Shown: positions 29,213-38,113 of the stretch, piece after piece
Numbering within the stretch: position 1 is the stretch's first letter
How the letters are laid out: each line of letters begins with the position of its first letter
Assembly: GCA_017613735.1 (NCBI GenBank)
Contig: JAGADF010000012.1
Span: 3,253-67,252, forward strand
Source: Clostridia bacterium
Lineage (GTDB): Bacteria; Bacillota; Clostridia; Oscillospirales; Acutalibacteraceae
Direction of reading: 5' to 3'
DNA length: 64,000 nucleotides
Program-made: the position numbers and the translations under genes
The notes under the pieces: generated by a model
What the model saw: the letters and a program-made list of their open reading frames with translations, nothing else
Databases searched by the model: none
Told to the model about the DNA's origin: nothing

Positions 29213-30991
29213 TTGGCTAAAAGGAAAAGTCAGTCGCTTTTAAACGGCGCGTTGGTGCTTCTTGTCGCGACTCTTCTTGTTAAAATAATAGGCGCGATTT
29301 ATAAAATCCCGCTGTCAAATATGATAGGCACCGTCGGCAGAGGTTACTATGACGCCGCTTATAATATCTATCTTCCCATTTACACTATTTCCATGGCGGG
29401 ACTTCCAGTCGCCGTTTCGAAGATGGTTTCCGAGCAGATGGCTTTGGGTCACTACCGTGACGCGAGAATGATTTTTAAGGTTTCTTCAAAGATTTTCCTT
29501 ATTACGGGCACTCTCGGACTTATCATACTTCTTCTCCTCGCGTACCCTTACGCGGCTTTGTCTAAAAACCTTCCGACAATTCCCGCTATTATAGCAATCG
29601 CTCCCTCGATTTTCTTCTGCTGCCTGATGTCGATTTTCAGGGGCTATTACGAGGGACTGCGCAAAATGACTCCCACGGCTGTTTCCGAGGTCTTTGAGGC
29701 GCTCGGCAAACTGATTTTCGGTATCGTACTTGCAAAGCTTACCATCAATCACGGTATGGCTCAGTTTAATCAGGGCGAGCCCGTTTTCGGCAAAACAGTT
29801 TCAAATATTTCCGAAGCGTATTCGGCGATTTTCCCGTATGCTGCCGCGGCGGCGGCTCTCGGCGTAACGCTGGGTACGGTACTCGGACTTGTCTATCTCT
29901 TTATTCTTTATAAAATCAAGGGCGACGAAATCACCCGCGAAGAGCTGGTCAATTCGCCCGAGCCCGAAAAGAGCAACACCATAGCGAAAAATCTTATTAA
30001 GTTCGCGATTCCCGTTGCGACGAGCTCTCTTATATTTTCAATTACGAATATGATTGACTCGGTAATGGTTCAGAACAGATTGCAGACCGCTATTGACAAG
30101 GACCTTCCGCTTATCAAATCGCTTTACGGCGCGTCAATCACTATGGGCAACGTGCTTGACAAGGATATTAAGACTTTCCTTTTCGGCGCGTATTCTCTTT
30201 CGCTCGATTTCAAAAATCTTGTTCCCAATCTTGCCATGGCTCTCGGAATAAGCGCGATTCCCGCTCTTTCGGCGGCGTGGGCAATCAAAAACAGGGATGA
30301 AATACGAATTTCGGTTGAATCGGTTATAAGGGTTATTCTTTTAATCTCGTTCCCGGCGGGTATCGGTATGGCTGTTCTTTCCGAGCCTATTCTCTCGCTT
30401 CTTTATTCAAGGGGAGAAAGCGCGGCGGCAATCCCTATTACGACGCCTATTCTCGCCGCCTACGGCTTTACGGTTTTCATTATGGCTCTTTCTACGCCTA
30501 TGACGAATATGCTTCAGGCAATAGGCAAGCCTATGGTGCCGTTAAAGGCTCTTACGGTCGGCGCAACAGCGAAAATTATAGTCAACTATGTTCTTGTCGG
30601 AATACCGTCGGTTAATATTAACGGAGCGGTTGTCGGCACGGTCGTATGTTACGTCATTATTCTCGGTATCAGTCTTTATTCGCTTATAAAGACAACCGGC
30701 GTAAAAATCAACGTGGTGTCGGTTGCGATAAAGCCGCTTATATGCGCCCTGCTCTGCGGCGCGGCGGCGTTCGTTTCGTATATGCTTCTTAACAGATTTT
30801 TGTCTTTCGGCTCTTCGGACAGCATCTTAAATTCCAAGACGCTCGCTACTTTTATATCAATAGGAATAGCGGCAGTTATCTACCTGATTTCGCTTCTTCT
30901 GGTCAGGGGAATAGCGAAAGATGATATCTTAATGCTCCCGAAAGGCGAAAAAATCGCCAAAACACTTGAAAAATATAGGTTTTTAGGCTAA
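29213..30991 (+). CDS. MOP-superfamily flippase (SpoVB/YabM/MurJ-like polysaccharide biosynthesis protein)
   Basis: About 14 TM helices. The start is uncertain: the track gives TTG 29204, but TTG 29213 has better spacing from AGGAG. Confidence 0.8.
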   Translation: MAKRKSQSLLNGALVLLVATLLVKIIGAIYKIPLSNMIGTVGRGYYDAAYNIYLPIYTISMAGLPVAVSKMVSEQMALGHYRDARMIFKVSSKIFLITGTLGLIILLLLAYPYAALSKNLPTIPAIIAIAPSIFFCCLMSIFRGYYEGLRKMTPTAVSEVFEALGKLIFGIVLAKLTINHGMAQFNQGEPVFGKTVSNISEAYSAIFPYAAAAAALGVTLGTVLGLVYLFILYKIKGDEITREELVNSPEPEKSNTIAKNLIKFAIPVATSSLIFSITNMIDSVMVQNRLQTAIDKDLPLIKSLYGASITMGNVLDKDIKTFLFGAYSLSLDFKNLVPNLAMALGISAIPALSAAWAIKNRDEIRISVESVIRVILLISFPAGIGMAVLSEPILSLLYSRGESAAAIPITTPILAAYGFTVFIMALSTPMTNMLQAIGKPMVPLKALTVGATAKIIVNYVLVGIPSVNINGAVVGTVVCYVIILGISLYSLIKTTGVKINVVSVAIKPLICALLCGAAAFVSYMLLNRFLSFGSSDSILNSKTLATFISIGIAAVIYLISLLLVRGIAKDDILMLPKGEKIAKTLEKYRFLG

Positions 30992-31034
30992 AAAAATTGC
31001 TAAAACACTTGAAAAATATGGATTTTTGAGGTAA
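30948..31034 (+). repeat. tandem direct repeat, 2 x ~43 nt (3' end of the flippase gene duplicated)
   Basis: Copy A (30948..30991) and copy B (30991..31034) match at 37 of 44 positions. Both end in TAA. Confidence 0.85.
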
Positions 31035-31054
31035 AATAAAGGGGAAGTTTGAAA

Positions 31055-31858
31055 GTGATTTCGGATTTTGAATTTAAATCTGTTTACGGCATTGAGGATT
31101 TACTCAATATAATGAAGCTCCTTCGTTCCGAGGACGGCTGCCCGTGGGACAGAGAACAGACGCATTCGTCGATTAAGTCAAGCCTTATTGAAGAAACCTA
31201 CGAGGTTATCGAGGCTATAAATAAAAACGACAGCGAGCTTCTTTGCGAGGAACTCGGCGACGTTCTTCTTCAGGTCGTATTTCATTCACAGATGGCTAAG
31301 GAAGACGGCGTGTTCGGTTTTGAAAATGTTGTCGACGGCGTATGCAAAAAGCTTGTTGAAAGGCACCCTCACGTTTTCGGCGAGGTTAAGGCGGACACAA
31401 GCGAACAGGTCCTCAGAAACTGGGAGGACATAAAGAATAAATCCAAAAACCGCGTCACCGCGACTGAAAGCATGCTTTCGGTGCCCAGGGAATTGCCCGC
31501 GCTTATGCGAGGTCAGAAAATTCAGAAGAAGGCTAAAAAGGTCGGCTTTGACTGGGACAGCGTCGACGGCGCTCTCGAAAAGCTTGAAGAAGAAACAACG
31601 GAGCTTAAAAAAGCAATCGAAAAGAAAAATCATGACGAATGCTTTGAAGAACTCGGCGACCTTCTCTTCTCGGCCGTCAATGTTTCAAGGTTTATTGACT
31701 GCGACGCCGAAGAAGCGCTTACAGCCGCAAACGACAAATTTCTCTCCCGTTTTTCAAAGGTTGAACAGCTGGCGAATGAAAGAGGAATCGATATGAAAAA
31801 TTCATCCCTTGAAGAGCTTGACAGGCTCTGGGATGAGGTTAAACAAGGTTCTTTTTAA
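31055..31858 (+). CDS. mazG: MazG nucleoside triphosphate pyrophosphohydrolase (YabN-like)
   Basis: Two MazG repeats (EETYEVIEAI ... EELGDVLLQV and EELGDLLF). I prefer GTG 31055 over TTG 31049 because of its spacing from GGGGAAG. Confidence 0.9.
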   Translation: MISDFEFKSVYGIEDLLNIMKLLRSEDGCPWDREQTHSSIKSSLIEETYEVIEAINKNDSELLCEELGDVLLQVVFHSQMAKEDGVFGFENVVDGVCKKLVERHPHVFGEVKADTSEQVLRNWEDIKNKSKNRVTATESMLSVPRELPALMRGQKIQKKAKKVGFDWDSVDGALEKLEEETTELKKAIEKKNHDECFEELGDLLFSAVNVSRFIDCDAEEALTAANDKFLSRFSKVEQLANERGIDMKNSSLEELDRLWDEVKQGSF

Positions 31859-31904
31859 GGTCGAAAGACCTCAAGGAATATAAATTTTTTTTGGAGGTAA
31901 AAAA

Positions 31905-32180
31905 ATGAACAAGACAGAACTTATCGCAGCAGTTGCTAAGGATGCTAAGCTTTCAAAGAAAGACGCAGAGGCAGCAGTTAACGCTACCGTAGCAGCAGTT
32001 ACAAAGGCTCTCAAGAAGGGCGACAAGGTTCAGCTCGTTGGTTTCGGCACATTTGAGGTTCGTAAACGCGCTGCTAAGCAGGCTCGCAATCCTCAGACAG
32101 GCGCTGTTATCAAGGTTCCTGCAACAAAGGTTCCCGCATTCAAGGCCGGCAAGGCTCTTAAAGACGCTGTTAAGAAATAA
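31905..32180 (+). CDS. hup: DNA-binding protein HU
   Basis: [11 protein letters not shown] ... [21 protein letters not shown]. 91 aa. Confidence 0.95.
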   Translation: MNKTELIAAVAKDAKLSKKDAEAAVNATVAAVTKALKKGDKVQLVGFGTFEVRKRAAKQARNPQTGAVIKVPATKVPAFKAGKALKDAVKK

Positions 32181-32202
32181 TTCTTTTAAGCGCATACACA
32201 AG

Positions 32203-32234
32203 GGGAGCAAGTTTTCACTTGCTCCCTTTGTTTT
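32203..32234 (+). terminator. intrinsic terminator after hup
   Basis: GGGAGCAAG / CTTGCTCCC stem followed by TTTGTTTT. Confidence 0.75.
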
Positions 32235-32249
32235 AGGAGAGGTTAATGT

Positions 32250-32492
32250 ATGAGGTTGGATAAATATCTTAAGGTTTCAAGAATAATAAAAAGAAGAACC
32301 GTTGCCAACGAGGTGTGCGACGCGAAGCACGTAAAGGTCAACGACAGAAGCGTTAAGGCCTCCTATGACGTTAAGGTCGGCGATATAATCGAAATAACCT
32401 TCGGCGCGAATACGACGAGGTACGAGGTTTTAAGAGTCAGCGAGCACGCCACTAAGGAACAGGCGAACGAAATGTTCAGGCAGTTAAAATAA
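32250..32492 (+). CDS. S4-domain RNA-binding protein (YabO/Hsp15-like)
   Basis: MRLDKYLKVSRIIKRR S4 motif. 80 aa. Confidence 0.85.
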   Translation: MRLDKYLKVSRIIKRRTVANEVCDAKHVKVNDRSVKASYDVKVGDIIEITFGANTTRYEVLRVSEHATKEQANEMFRQLK

Positions 32493-32494
32493 AA

Positions 32495-32529
32495 ACGGTA
32501 AAAGCTTTGTCGCTTTTACCGTTTTTTTA
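32495..32529. terminator. bidirectional intrinsic terminator
   Basis: ACGGTAAAAGC / GCTTTTACCGT 11-bp stem flanked by an A-run and a T-run. Confidence 0.8.
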
Positions 32530-32535
32530 TTTCCG

Positions 32536-32904
32536 TTATTTTTCTTTTGTTATCCGTTTTATATATGCCGAAATCTGTTCGCCTTTTCCGCTTGCGCGGT
32601 ACGCCGCTATGAGATTTCTCTCTTCGGCGGTGAGACATTCGGGCGAAAAACGGTCGGCATTGTTTTCAAATTCTTTTTCAAAACTGTTTATGACCGACGA
32701 AGCGTTTGTGTAACAGCTCAAAAGGGTATCGGTTGTAACATTATAAAGCTGAGCGAGCTTAACAAGGTTTTCAAGCGACGGCGAGGTGCGCCCCGCTTCG
32801 TATGCGGTATATGCGACGCGCTTTACTCCGATATAGGTTGCGACCTGTTCCTGAGTAAGCTTGCTTGAGCGTCTTAAGAACTTTAATCTTTCGTTGAATT
32901 TCAT
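32536..32904 (-). CDS. XRE-family helix-turn-helix transcriptional regulator
   Basis: LTQEQVATYIGVKRVAYTAYEAGRTSPSLENLVKLAQLY HTH_3-like motif. I prefer ATG 32904 because the GTG at 32913 overlaps the GGAG. Confidence 0.85.
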   Translation of the reverse strand: MKFNERLKFLRRSSKLTQEQVATYIGVKRVAYTAYEAGRTSPSLENLVKLAQLYNVTTDTLLSCYTNASSVINSFEKEFENNADRFSPECLTAEERNLIAAYRASGKGEQISAYIKRITKEK

Positions 32905-33001
32905 TTTTGCCACTCCTTTTTAAGTGTCTTTCAAGTATAAATGTATCATAAAATGAAACAAAAATCAACATTTTTAATCAATTAAACCGAATACTATATT
33001 A

Positions 33002-33031
33002 TTGACAAATGCGTTACTATTTTGTTATTAT
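33002..33031 (+). promoter_or_regulatory. candidate sigma-A promoter for the pseudokinase gene (TTGACA-18 nt-TGtTATTAT)
   Basis: -35 at 33002..33007 and an extended -10 with TATTAT at 33026..33031. Confidence 0.5.
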
Positions 33032-33077
33032 AGTATAGGTTATGAAAAAAATTCCGTTACATTAAGGAAGTGTTCAG

Positions 33078-34709
33078 ATGGACGGTTTATGTATGAACTG
33101 CATGAGCGAAATCGGCTCGGCAAAGCAGTGTCCTTATTGCGGCTATCATACGGATTCGCCTCAGATGGCTCCGTATCTGCCGACAAAAACCATAATCGGC
33201 ACCCGTTACCTTGTCGGTAAGCTTCGCGACTACAACGGCGACGGCGCTACATATATGGGCTTCGACCTTGAAAGAAAAACGCCCGTTTTAATCAGGGAAT
33301 ATCTTCCCGACGCTATTTCCACAAGGCGCGTCGGCGACACGTATCTTTCGCCCCTTTCCGGTTGCGATATGCTTTTTGCCCAGGCTAAAAGCGAGTTTAC
33401 GGATATGTGGCGTAAAATTGCCCATCTCAGAAACGCGTCGGCTGTTTTCGGCGTGCTTGATATGCTTGAATTTAATAACACGGTTTACGTTGTTACGGAA
33501 TATATCGAAAACGTTTCGCTCAGGGAATACCTTCTGAGAAGTCAGACCGGCTACATCCCCTGGGAAAAGGCGAGAATACTTTTTATGCCCGTGCTTTCAA
33601 CCCTTGCCGCGCTCCATTCGGCGGGCGTTGTTCACGGCGGCATTTCACCCTCGACTTTAATTGTCTGTAAGGACGGCAAGCTTCGCATTACGGGCTTCAG
33701 CATCAGAAGAGTCCGTACCTCGCGCGGCGAAATTCCCGCTCAGCTTTTCCCGGGATATGCCGCAATTGAGCAGTATTCCAACGGCGAGAATCAGGGCCCG
33801 TGGACCGATATTTACGGATTCGCGGCAGTTCTTTACAGGGCGCTTATCGGCTCGACTCCGCTTGAGGCGACCTCAAGAGTTTCGAACGACCGGCTTATGG
33901 TTCCCGCAAAATTTGCCGAGGAAATTCCCGCTTACGTTATAAACGCGCTTATTAACGCGCTTCAGATTCTTCCCGACGACAGGACGAAGAATGTTGAGCA
34001 GTTCCGCGCCGAGCTTTCGGCTTCGCCTATGGCGACCAATTCACAGCAGGCGCAGGAGATGCGCAAGCCCGCCTCGGCGGTCAGCGAATACGTCGCCGAA
34101 AAGACCGCCTCAAATCCCGATTTCAAAAAGAACGCGGTAATCGCTTTCCTTGCGGTGCTTCTTGTCGGCTTAATCGCTCTCGGCATTTTCTACGTTGTTA
34201 ATCAAAATAAGAATAAGCCTAAGGTTGAAGAGCCGTCCGCTTCCGCTTCGCAGGAAATGGTTGAGGTTCCCAATTTTGTCGGCGCGAGCTATCAGCGGCT
34301 TGAAAACGAGTCGAGTTTCAAAGAACGATTCAATATCAACTTTGTTGAGGAATTTTCGTCCGAGGTTGAAGCCGGCTATGTTATTTCGCAGGACGTTGAA
34401 AAGGGCACTATGGTCGAAAAGGGCTCGACTATCAATATCGTAGTCAGTAAGGGCGTTGAGTATGTCGACCTTCCCGATTTGAAGGGACTTCCCTATGACG
34501 ACGTCAAGCAGAGGCTCGAATCCCTCGGCTTCGAATGCAGAAAGGTCGAAAAGAGTAACGACGGCAGTCATATTGAGGGCGAGGTTGTTTCCTTCGTTCC
34601 CGAAGCCGGTAAACAGTACGCCAAGGGCGAGCAGATTTACGTTCAGGTTTGGGGCGCGCCGCCTACGACTCAGGCTCCGTCGGAAAGCTCCGATTCAAAT
34701 CAGAACTAA
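33078..34709 (+). CDS. zinc-ribbon / degenerate Ser-Thr kinase-like domain / TM / 2x PASTA membrane protein (predicted pseudokinase)
   Basis: CMNC...CPYC ribbon and a Hanks-fold landmark (DIYGFAAVLYRALIG). Catalytic positions are replaced: VAIK Lys->Arg73, HRDxKxxN->HGGISPST (186..193), DFG->GFS (206..208). One TM helix is followed by two PASTA-like repeats (VPNFVG...IVVSKG and LPDLKG...VQVWG). Confidence 0.8.
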   Translation: MDGLCMNCMSEIGSAKQCPYCGYHTDSPQMAPYLPTKTIIGTRYLVGKLRDYNGDGATYMGFDLERKTPVLIREYLPDAISTRRVGDTYLSPLSGCDMLFAQAKSEFTDMWRKIAHLRNASAVFGVLDMLEFNNTVYVVTEYIENVSLREYLLRSQTGYIPWEKARILFMPVLSTLAALHSAGVVHGGISPSTLIVCKDGKLRITGFSIRRVRTSRGEIPAQLFPGYAAIEQYSNGENQGPWTDIYGFAAVLYRALIGSTPLEATSRVSNDRLMVPAKFAEEIPAYVINALINALQILPDDRTKNVEQFRAELSASPMATNSQQAQEMRKPASAVSEYVAEKTASNPDFKKNAVIAFLAVLLVGLIALGIFYVVNQNKNKPKVEEPSASASQEMVEVPNFVGASYQRLENESSFKERFNINFVEEFSSEVEAGYVISQDVEKGTMVEKGSTINIVVSKGVEYVDLPDLKGLPYDDVKQRLESLGFECRKVEKSNDGSHIEGEVVSFVPEAGKQYAKGEQIYVQVWGAPPTTQAPSESSDSNQN

Positions 34710-34721
34710 ACAGTTAAAAAT

Positions 34722-34753
34722 CAAAAAGGCAGTTCGTCAGAACTGCCTTTTTA
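34722..34753. terminator. bidirectional intrinsic terminator
   Basis: AGGCAGTTC / GAACTGCCT stem flanked by an A-run and a T-run, between convergent genes. Confidence 0.8.
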
Positions 34754-34775
34754 TTATGCGTTTAATCGGTTTTGA

Positions 34776-36122
34776 TTAATAAATGCCTTCAGCCATCATA
34801 GCTTCCGCAACCTTTTCGAAGCCTGCGATATTAGCGCCTGCGACAAGGTTGTAGCCGAGTCCGTAACGCTGCGCCGCGTCAACGGAGTTTTTGAATATAT
34901 TCTTCATGGCTTCGTGAAGTCTCTTGTCAACCTCTTCCGCCGTCCAGCCGAGTCTCATTGAGTTCTGGCTCATTTCAAGACCGGAGGTGCAAACGCCGCC
35001 CGCATTTACTGCTTTTGAGGGAGCGACGGTAAGACCGTTGTCCATAAGGTAAGCAAGAGCTTCGTTTGTAGTGGGCATATTGGAAACCTCGATATAGTAC
35101 TTGACGCCGTTGGCGACAATCTGCTCGGCTTCTTTCATGCCTACCTCATTCTGAGTAGCGCACGGAAGCATAACGTCAGCCTTCACGCCCCAGGGCTTCT
35201 GACCTTCGAAATACTGTACGCCGAATTTTTCCGCATAGGGTTTAACTATGTTTTTGCCGCTTGCGCGAAGCTCAAGCATATAGTTGATTTTTTCGTCGGT
35301 TGTGATGCCGTCGGGGTCATAAACGTAACCGTCGGGACCGCTTATTGTAATTGCCTTGCCGCCGAGCTGGGCAATCTTTTTAACCGCGCCCCACGCGACG
35401 TTGCCGAAACCGGAAACTGCAAAAGTCTTTCCCTTGATGCTGTCGCCGTCATGAGAAAATACCTCGTTTGCATAGTAGATTGCGCCGTAGCCCGTAGCCT
35501 CGGGACGGATGAGCGAACCGCCGTATGCCAGACCTTTGCCCGTGAGAACGCCGTTCTCATAAGCGTTGCGGATTCTCTTGTACTGGCCGAAGAGATAACC
35601 GATTTCTCTTCCGCCTACGCCCATATCGCCGGCGGGAACGTCAATGTCGGGCCCGATATGACGGTAAAGCTCGGTCATAAACGCCTGACAGAAACGCATT
35701 ATTTCAGCGTCGCTCTTGCCCGCGGGGTCAAAGTCCGAGCCGCCCTTGCCGCCGCCCATGGGAAGGCCGGTAAGGCTGTTCTTGAATACCTGTTCAAAGC
35801 CGAGGAACCAGATAACGCTGGGATTTACGTTAGCCTGAAAACGAAGGCCGCCCTTGTAAGGACCTATTGCAGAGTTGAACTGAACTCTGTAGCCTCTGTT
35901 CGTGCGCGTAACGCCTGCGTCGTCAACCCAGGTAACCCTGAAAGAAATGAATCTGTCGGGATTTGCCATTCTTCCGAGAATGTCGTTTTTGACATATTCG
36001 GGATGAGCCTCGACAACCTTTTCGAGCGAACCGAAAACCTCGGTAACAGTCTGCAGAAATTCGGGCTTGTCGCCGTCGCGCTGCTTGACCTGCTCAATTA
36101 CGCTGTTGATGTAATCGTTCAT
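34776..36122 (-). CDS. gdhA: NADP-specific glutamate dehydrogenase
   Basis: LPMGGGKGGSDFDP motif and a Rossmann segment (SGFGNVAWGA). 448 aa. Confidence 0.95.
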   Translation of the reverse strand: MNDYINSVIEQVKQRDGDKPEFLQTVTEVFGSLEKVVEAHPEYVKNDILGRMANPDRFISFRVTWVDDAGVTRTNRGYRVQFNSAIGPYKGGLRFQANVNPSVIWFLGFEQVFKNSLTGLPMGGGKGGSDFDPAGKSDAEIMRFCQAFMTELYRHIGPDIDVPAGDMGVGGREIGYLFGQYKRIRNAYENGVLTGKGLAYGGSLIRPEATGYGAIYYANEVFSHDGDSIKGKTFAVSGFGNVAWGAVKKIAQLGGKAITISGPDGYVYDPDGITTDEKINYMLELRASGKNIVKPYAEKFGVQYFEGQKPWGVKADVMLPCATQNEVGMKEAEQIVANGVKYYIEVSNMPTTNEALAYLMDNGLTVAPSKAVNAGGVCTSGLEMSQNSMRLGWTAEEVDKRLHEAMKNIFKNSVDAAQRYGLGYNLVAGANIAGFEKVAEAMMAEGIY

Positions 36123-36143
36123 AGTAATACAACCTCCATATAT

Positions 36144-36192
36144 GGTGAATTATCATTCACCTTAATTATACTACGCAAAAAATATATGTCAA
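36144..36192 (-). promoter_or_regulatory. gdhA promoter (TTGACA-16 nt-TATAAT) followed by an 18-bp palindrome in the leader
   Basis: On the minus strand, -35 is at 36187..36192 and -10 at 36165..36170. The palindrome GGTGAAT-TATC-ATTCACC lies at 36144..36161, between the -10 and the RBS. Confidence 0.55.
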
Positions 36193-36199
36193 TATTTTT

Positions 36200-36787
36200 T
36201 TACATAGTAAAATCAATTAGCTTAAGGCTCTTCCTTAAATAGATAATGCCGGAAATAACCGCAAATACGGCAGTTATCCAGAGAAGAACATTCGAGACGA
36301 CCGCAAGCGGAAATTCACCCGAGGGATAAATCTTTTCAAGAATGAACGGAAATTCCGCCTTCGTCTCTATAAGAAGCATAATAATTATGGTGAAAACCAT
36401 CTGCGAAGCGGTCTTGATTTTGCCGAAAATGTTTGCGGGAATGACGACGCCCTGAGTCGACGAAACGAGACGAAGCGACGTTATAACGAATTCTCTTGTG
36501 AGAATTATCATTACAATCCAAACCGAGCACAGGTTCATTTCAAGAAAAGCGAGAAGAGCCGCGGTCGTAAGCATTTTGTCGGCAACGGGGTCGGCGAGCT
36601 TGCCGAAAACGGTTATCATTTCGTACTTTCTTGCGATATGACCGTCAAGCGCGTCAGTTACGGAGCCGATTATAAATATAACCGTACCCCAGAATATATG
36701 ATGAGGTATGCCCTCAAAAAGAAAGATAAAAAGAAAAATCGGAGTGATGACCATTCTTGCAACGGTCAGTTTATTCGGTAAATTCAT
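36200..36787 (-). CDS. pgsA: CDP-diacylglycerol--glycerol-3-phosphate 3-phosphatidyltransferase
   Basis: Complete CDP-alcohol signature DGHIARKYEMITVFGKLADPVAD. 195 aa with multiple TM helices. Confidence 0.9.
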   Translation of the reverse strand: MNLPNKLTVARMVITPIFLFIFLFEGIPHHIFWGTVIFIIGSVTDALDGHIARKYEMITVFGKLADPVADKMLTTAALLAFLEMNLCSVWIVMIILTREFVITSLRLVSSTQGVVIPANIFGKIKTASQMVFTIIIMLLIETKAEFPFILEKIYPSGEFPLAVVSNVLLWITAVFAVISGIIYLRKSLKLIDFTM

Positions 36788-38113
36788 TTAAACCACCTCG
36801 CCGATAAGTCCGTATTCGTTAGCGCCCATTATTTCTACCTGAACGAATTCGCCGGTTTTTAACTCGAATCCGCAGGTGAAGCTGACAATGCCGTCGATTT
36901 CGGGCGCATCCATAACGCTTCTGCCGTAGTAAACGTCGGCGTAGTCGTCATAGCCTTCGACAACGCATTCGACAGTTTTTCCCGTATGCGAGTCGTTGAT
37001 TTCGTCCATAATTCTGTTCTGTTGTTCCATTATTATTTCGCAGCGGTCAAGCTTTACCTGTTCGTCAATCTGGTCGGGGAACGAAGCGGCGGGAGTGTCC
37101 TCCTCCGCCGAATATGTAAAGCAGCCGAGCCTGTCGAAACGCGCTTCGTTAACAAATTCCGAAAGAGTTTCAAATGCCTCTTCGGTTTCTCCGGGAAAAC
37201 CGACAATAAGAGTGGTCCGAAGAACCACGTCGGGCACCTTTTCGCGTATATGCTTTATAAGCGATAAAAGCTTTTCCCTGTTGCCGTAACGGTTCATCCG
37301 TTTCAGAACCGTTTCGTCCGCGTGCTGAAGCGGAAGGTCAATATAATTAAGCACCTTTTCATTTTCCGCCATTGTTTCAAGCAATTCGTCCGAGAGCCTG
37401 TCGGGGTAGCAGTAGAGAATTCTTATCCACCTGATACCGTCGATTTTGCTCAACTCGGTAAGTAATTCGGGCAATCTCTGTCTGCCGTATAAATCTTCAC
37501 CGTATCTTGTTGTGTCCTGCGCGACAACTATCAATTCCTTAACGCCTTTGTCCGCGAGCGCCTTCGCCTCGTCGATAATATCTTCAAATTTCCTTGAACG
37601 GAATTCGCCGCGTATTGACGGAATAGCGCAGTAGGTGCAGTGATTTGAGCAGCCCTCCGCAATTTTAAGATATGCGTAATACGGGGGATTGAGAAGCTCC
37701 CTTTCGCCGTTGAACGATAGTTTTTCCTTGTCGGGATAGCATTCGTAAATACTGTCCTGACAGAGCTTTTCGACAGCCGAAACTATATCGTCGTTCGCGC
37801 CGATTCCGATAACGCCGTCGATTTCGGGAATTTCTTTTCTTAACTGCTCCTTATAGCGCTCGGCAAGACAGCCCGTTACAAGGATTTTACCGACTGTGCC
37901 CTCTTTTTTTAGCTCAGCCATATCGAGAATCGTGTCAATGGCTTCCTGCTTCGCACTTTCGATAAAGCCGCAGGTGTTTACGATTACGACGTCGCTTGAG
38001 TCGACGTTTTCGAGTATTTCGAATCCGCTTTTTTTAAGCGCGCCGAGCATTCTTTCGCCGTCAATCTGGTTTTTAGGGCAGCCGAGAGAAACAAGACTGA
38101 TTTTTTTACTCAT
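36788..38113 (-). CDS. rimO: ribosomal protein S12 methylthiotransferase
   Basis: SLGCPKNQIDGE N-terminus, radical SAM CSNHCTYC motif and a C-terminal TRAM domain. Confidence 0.9.
   Translation of the reverse strand: MSKKISLVSLGCPKNQIDGERMLGALKKSGFEILENVDSSDVVIVNTCGFIESAKQEAIDTILDMAELKKEGTVGKILVTGCLAERYKEQLRKEIPEIDGVIGIGANDDIVSAVEKLCQDSIYECYPDKEKLSFNGERELLNPPYYAYLKIAEGCSNHCTYCAIPSIRGEFRSRKFEDIIDEAKALADKGVKELIVVAQDTTRYGEDLYGRQRLPELLTELSKIDGIRWIRILYCYPDRLSDELLETMAENEKVLNYIDLPLQHADETVLKRMNRYGNREKLLSLIKHIREKVPDVVLRTTLIVGFPGETEEAFETLSEFVNEARFDRLGCFTYSAEEDTPAASFPDQIDEQVKLDRCEIIMEQQNRIMDEINDSHTGKTVECVVEGYDDYADVYYGRSVMDAPEIDGIVSFTCGFELKTGEFVQVEIMGANEYGLIGEVV

Noticed and set aside
30989-31034. Stop-codon readthrough or extension of the flippase into the duplicated 3' segment
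   Set aside because: The repeat period is 43 nt, so copy B is in the +1 frame relative to copy A. The in-frame continuation after TAA hits another TAA after three codons.
35451-36242. 263-aa ORF on the plus strand
   Set aside because: It is antisense to gdhA and runs through the gdhA promoter. It is a shadow ORF of a highly conserved gene.
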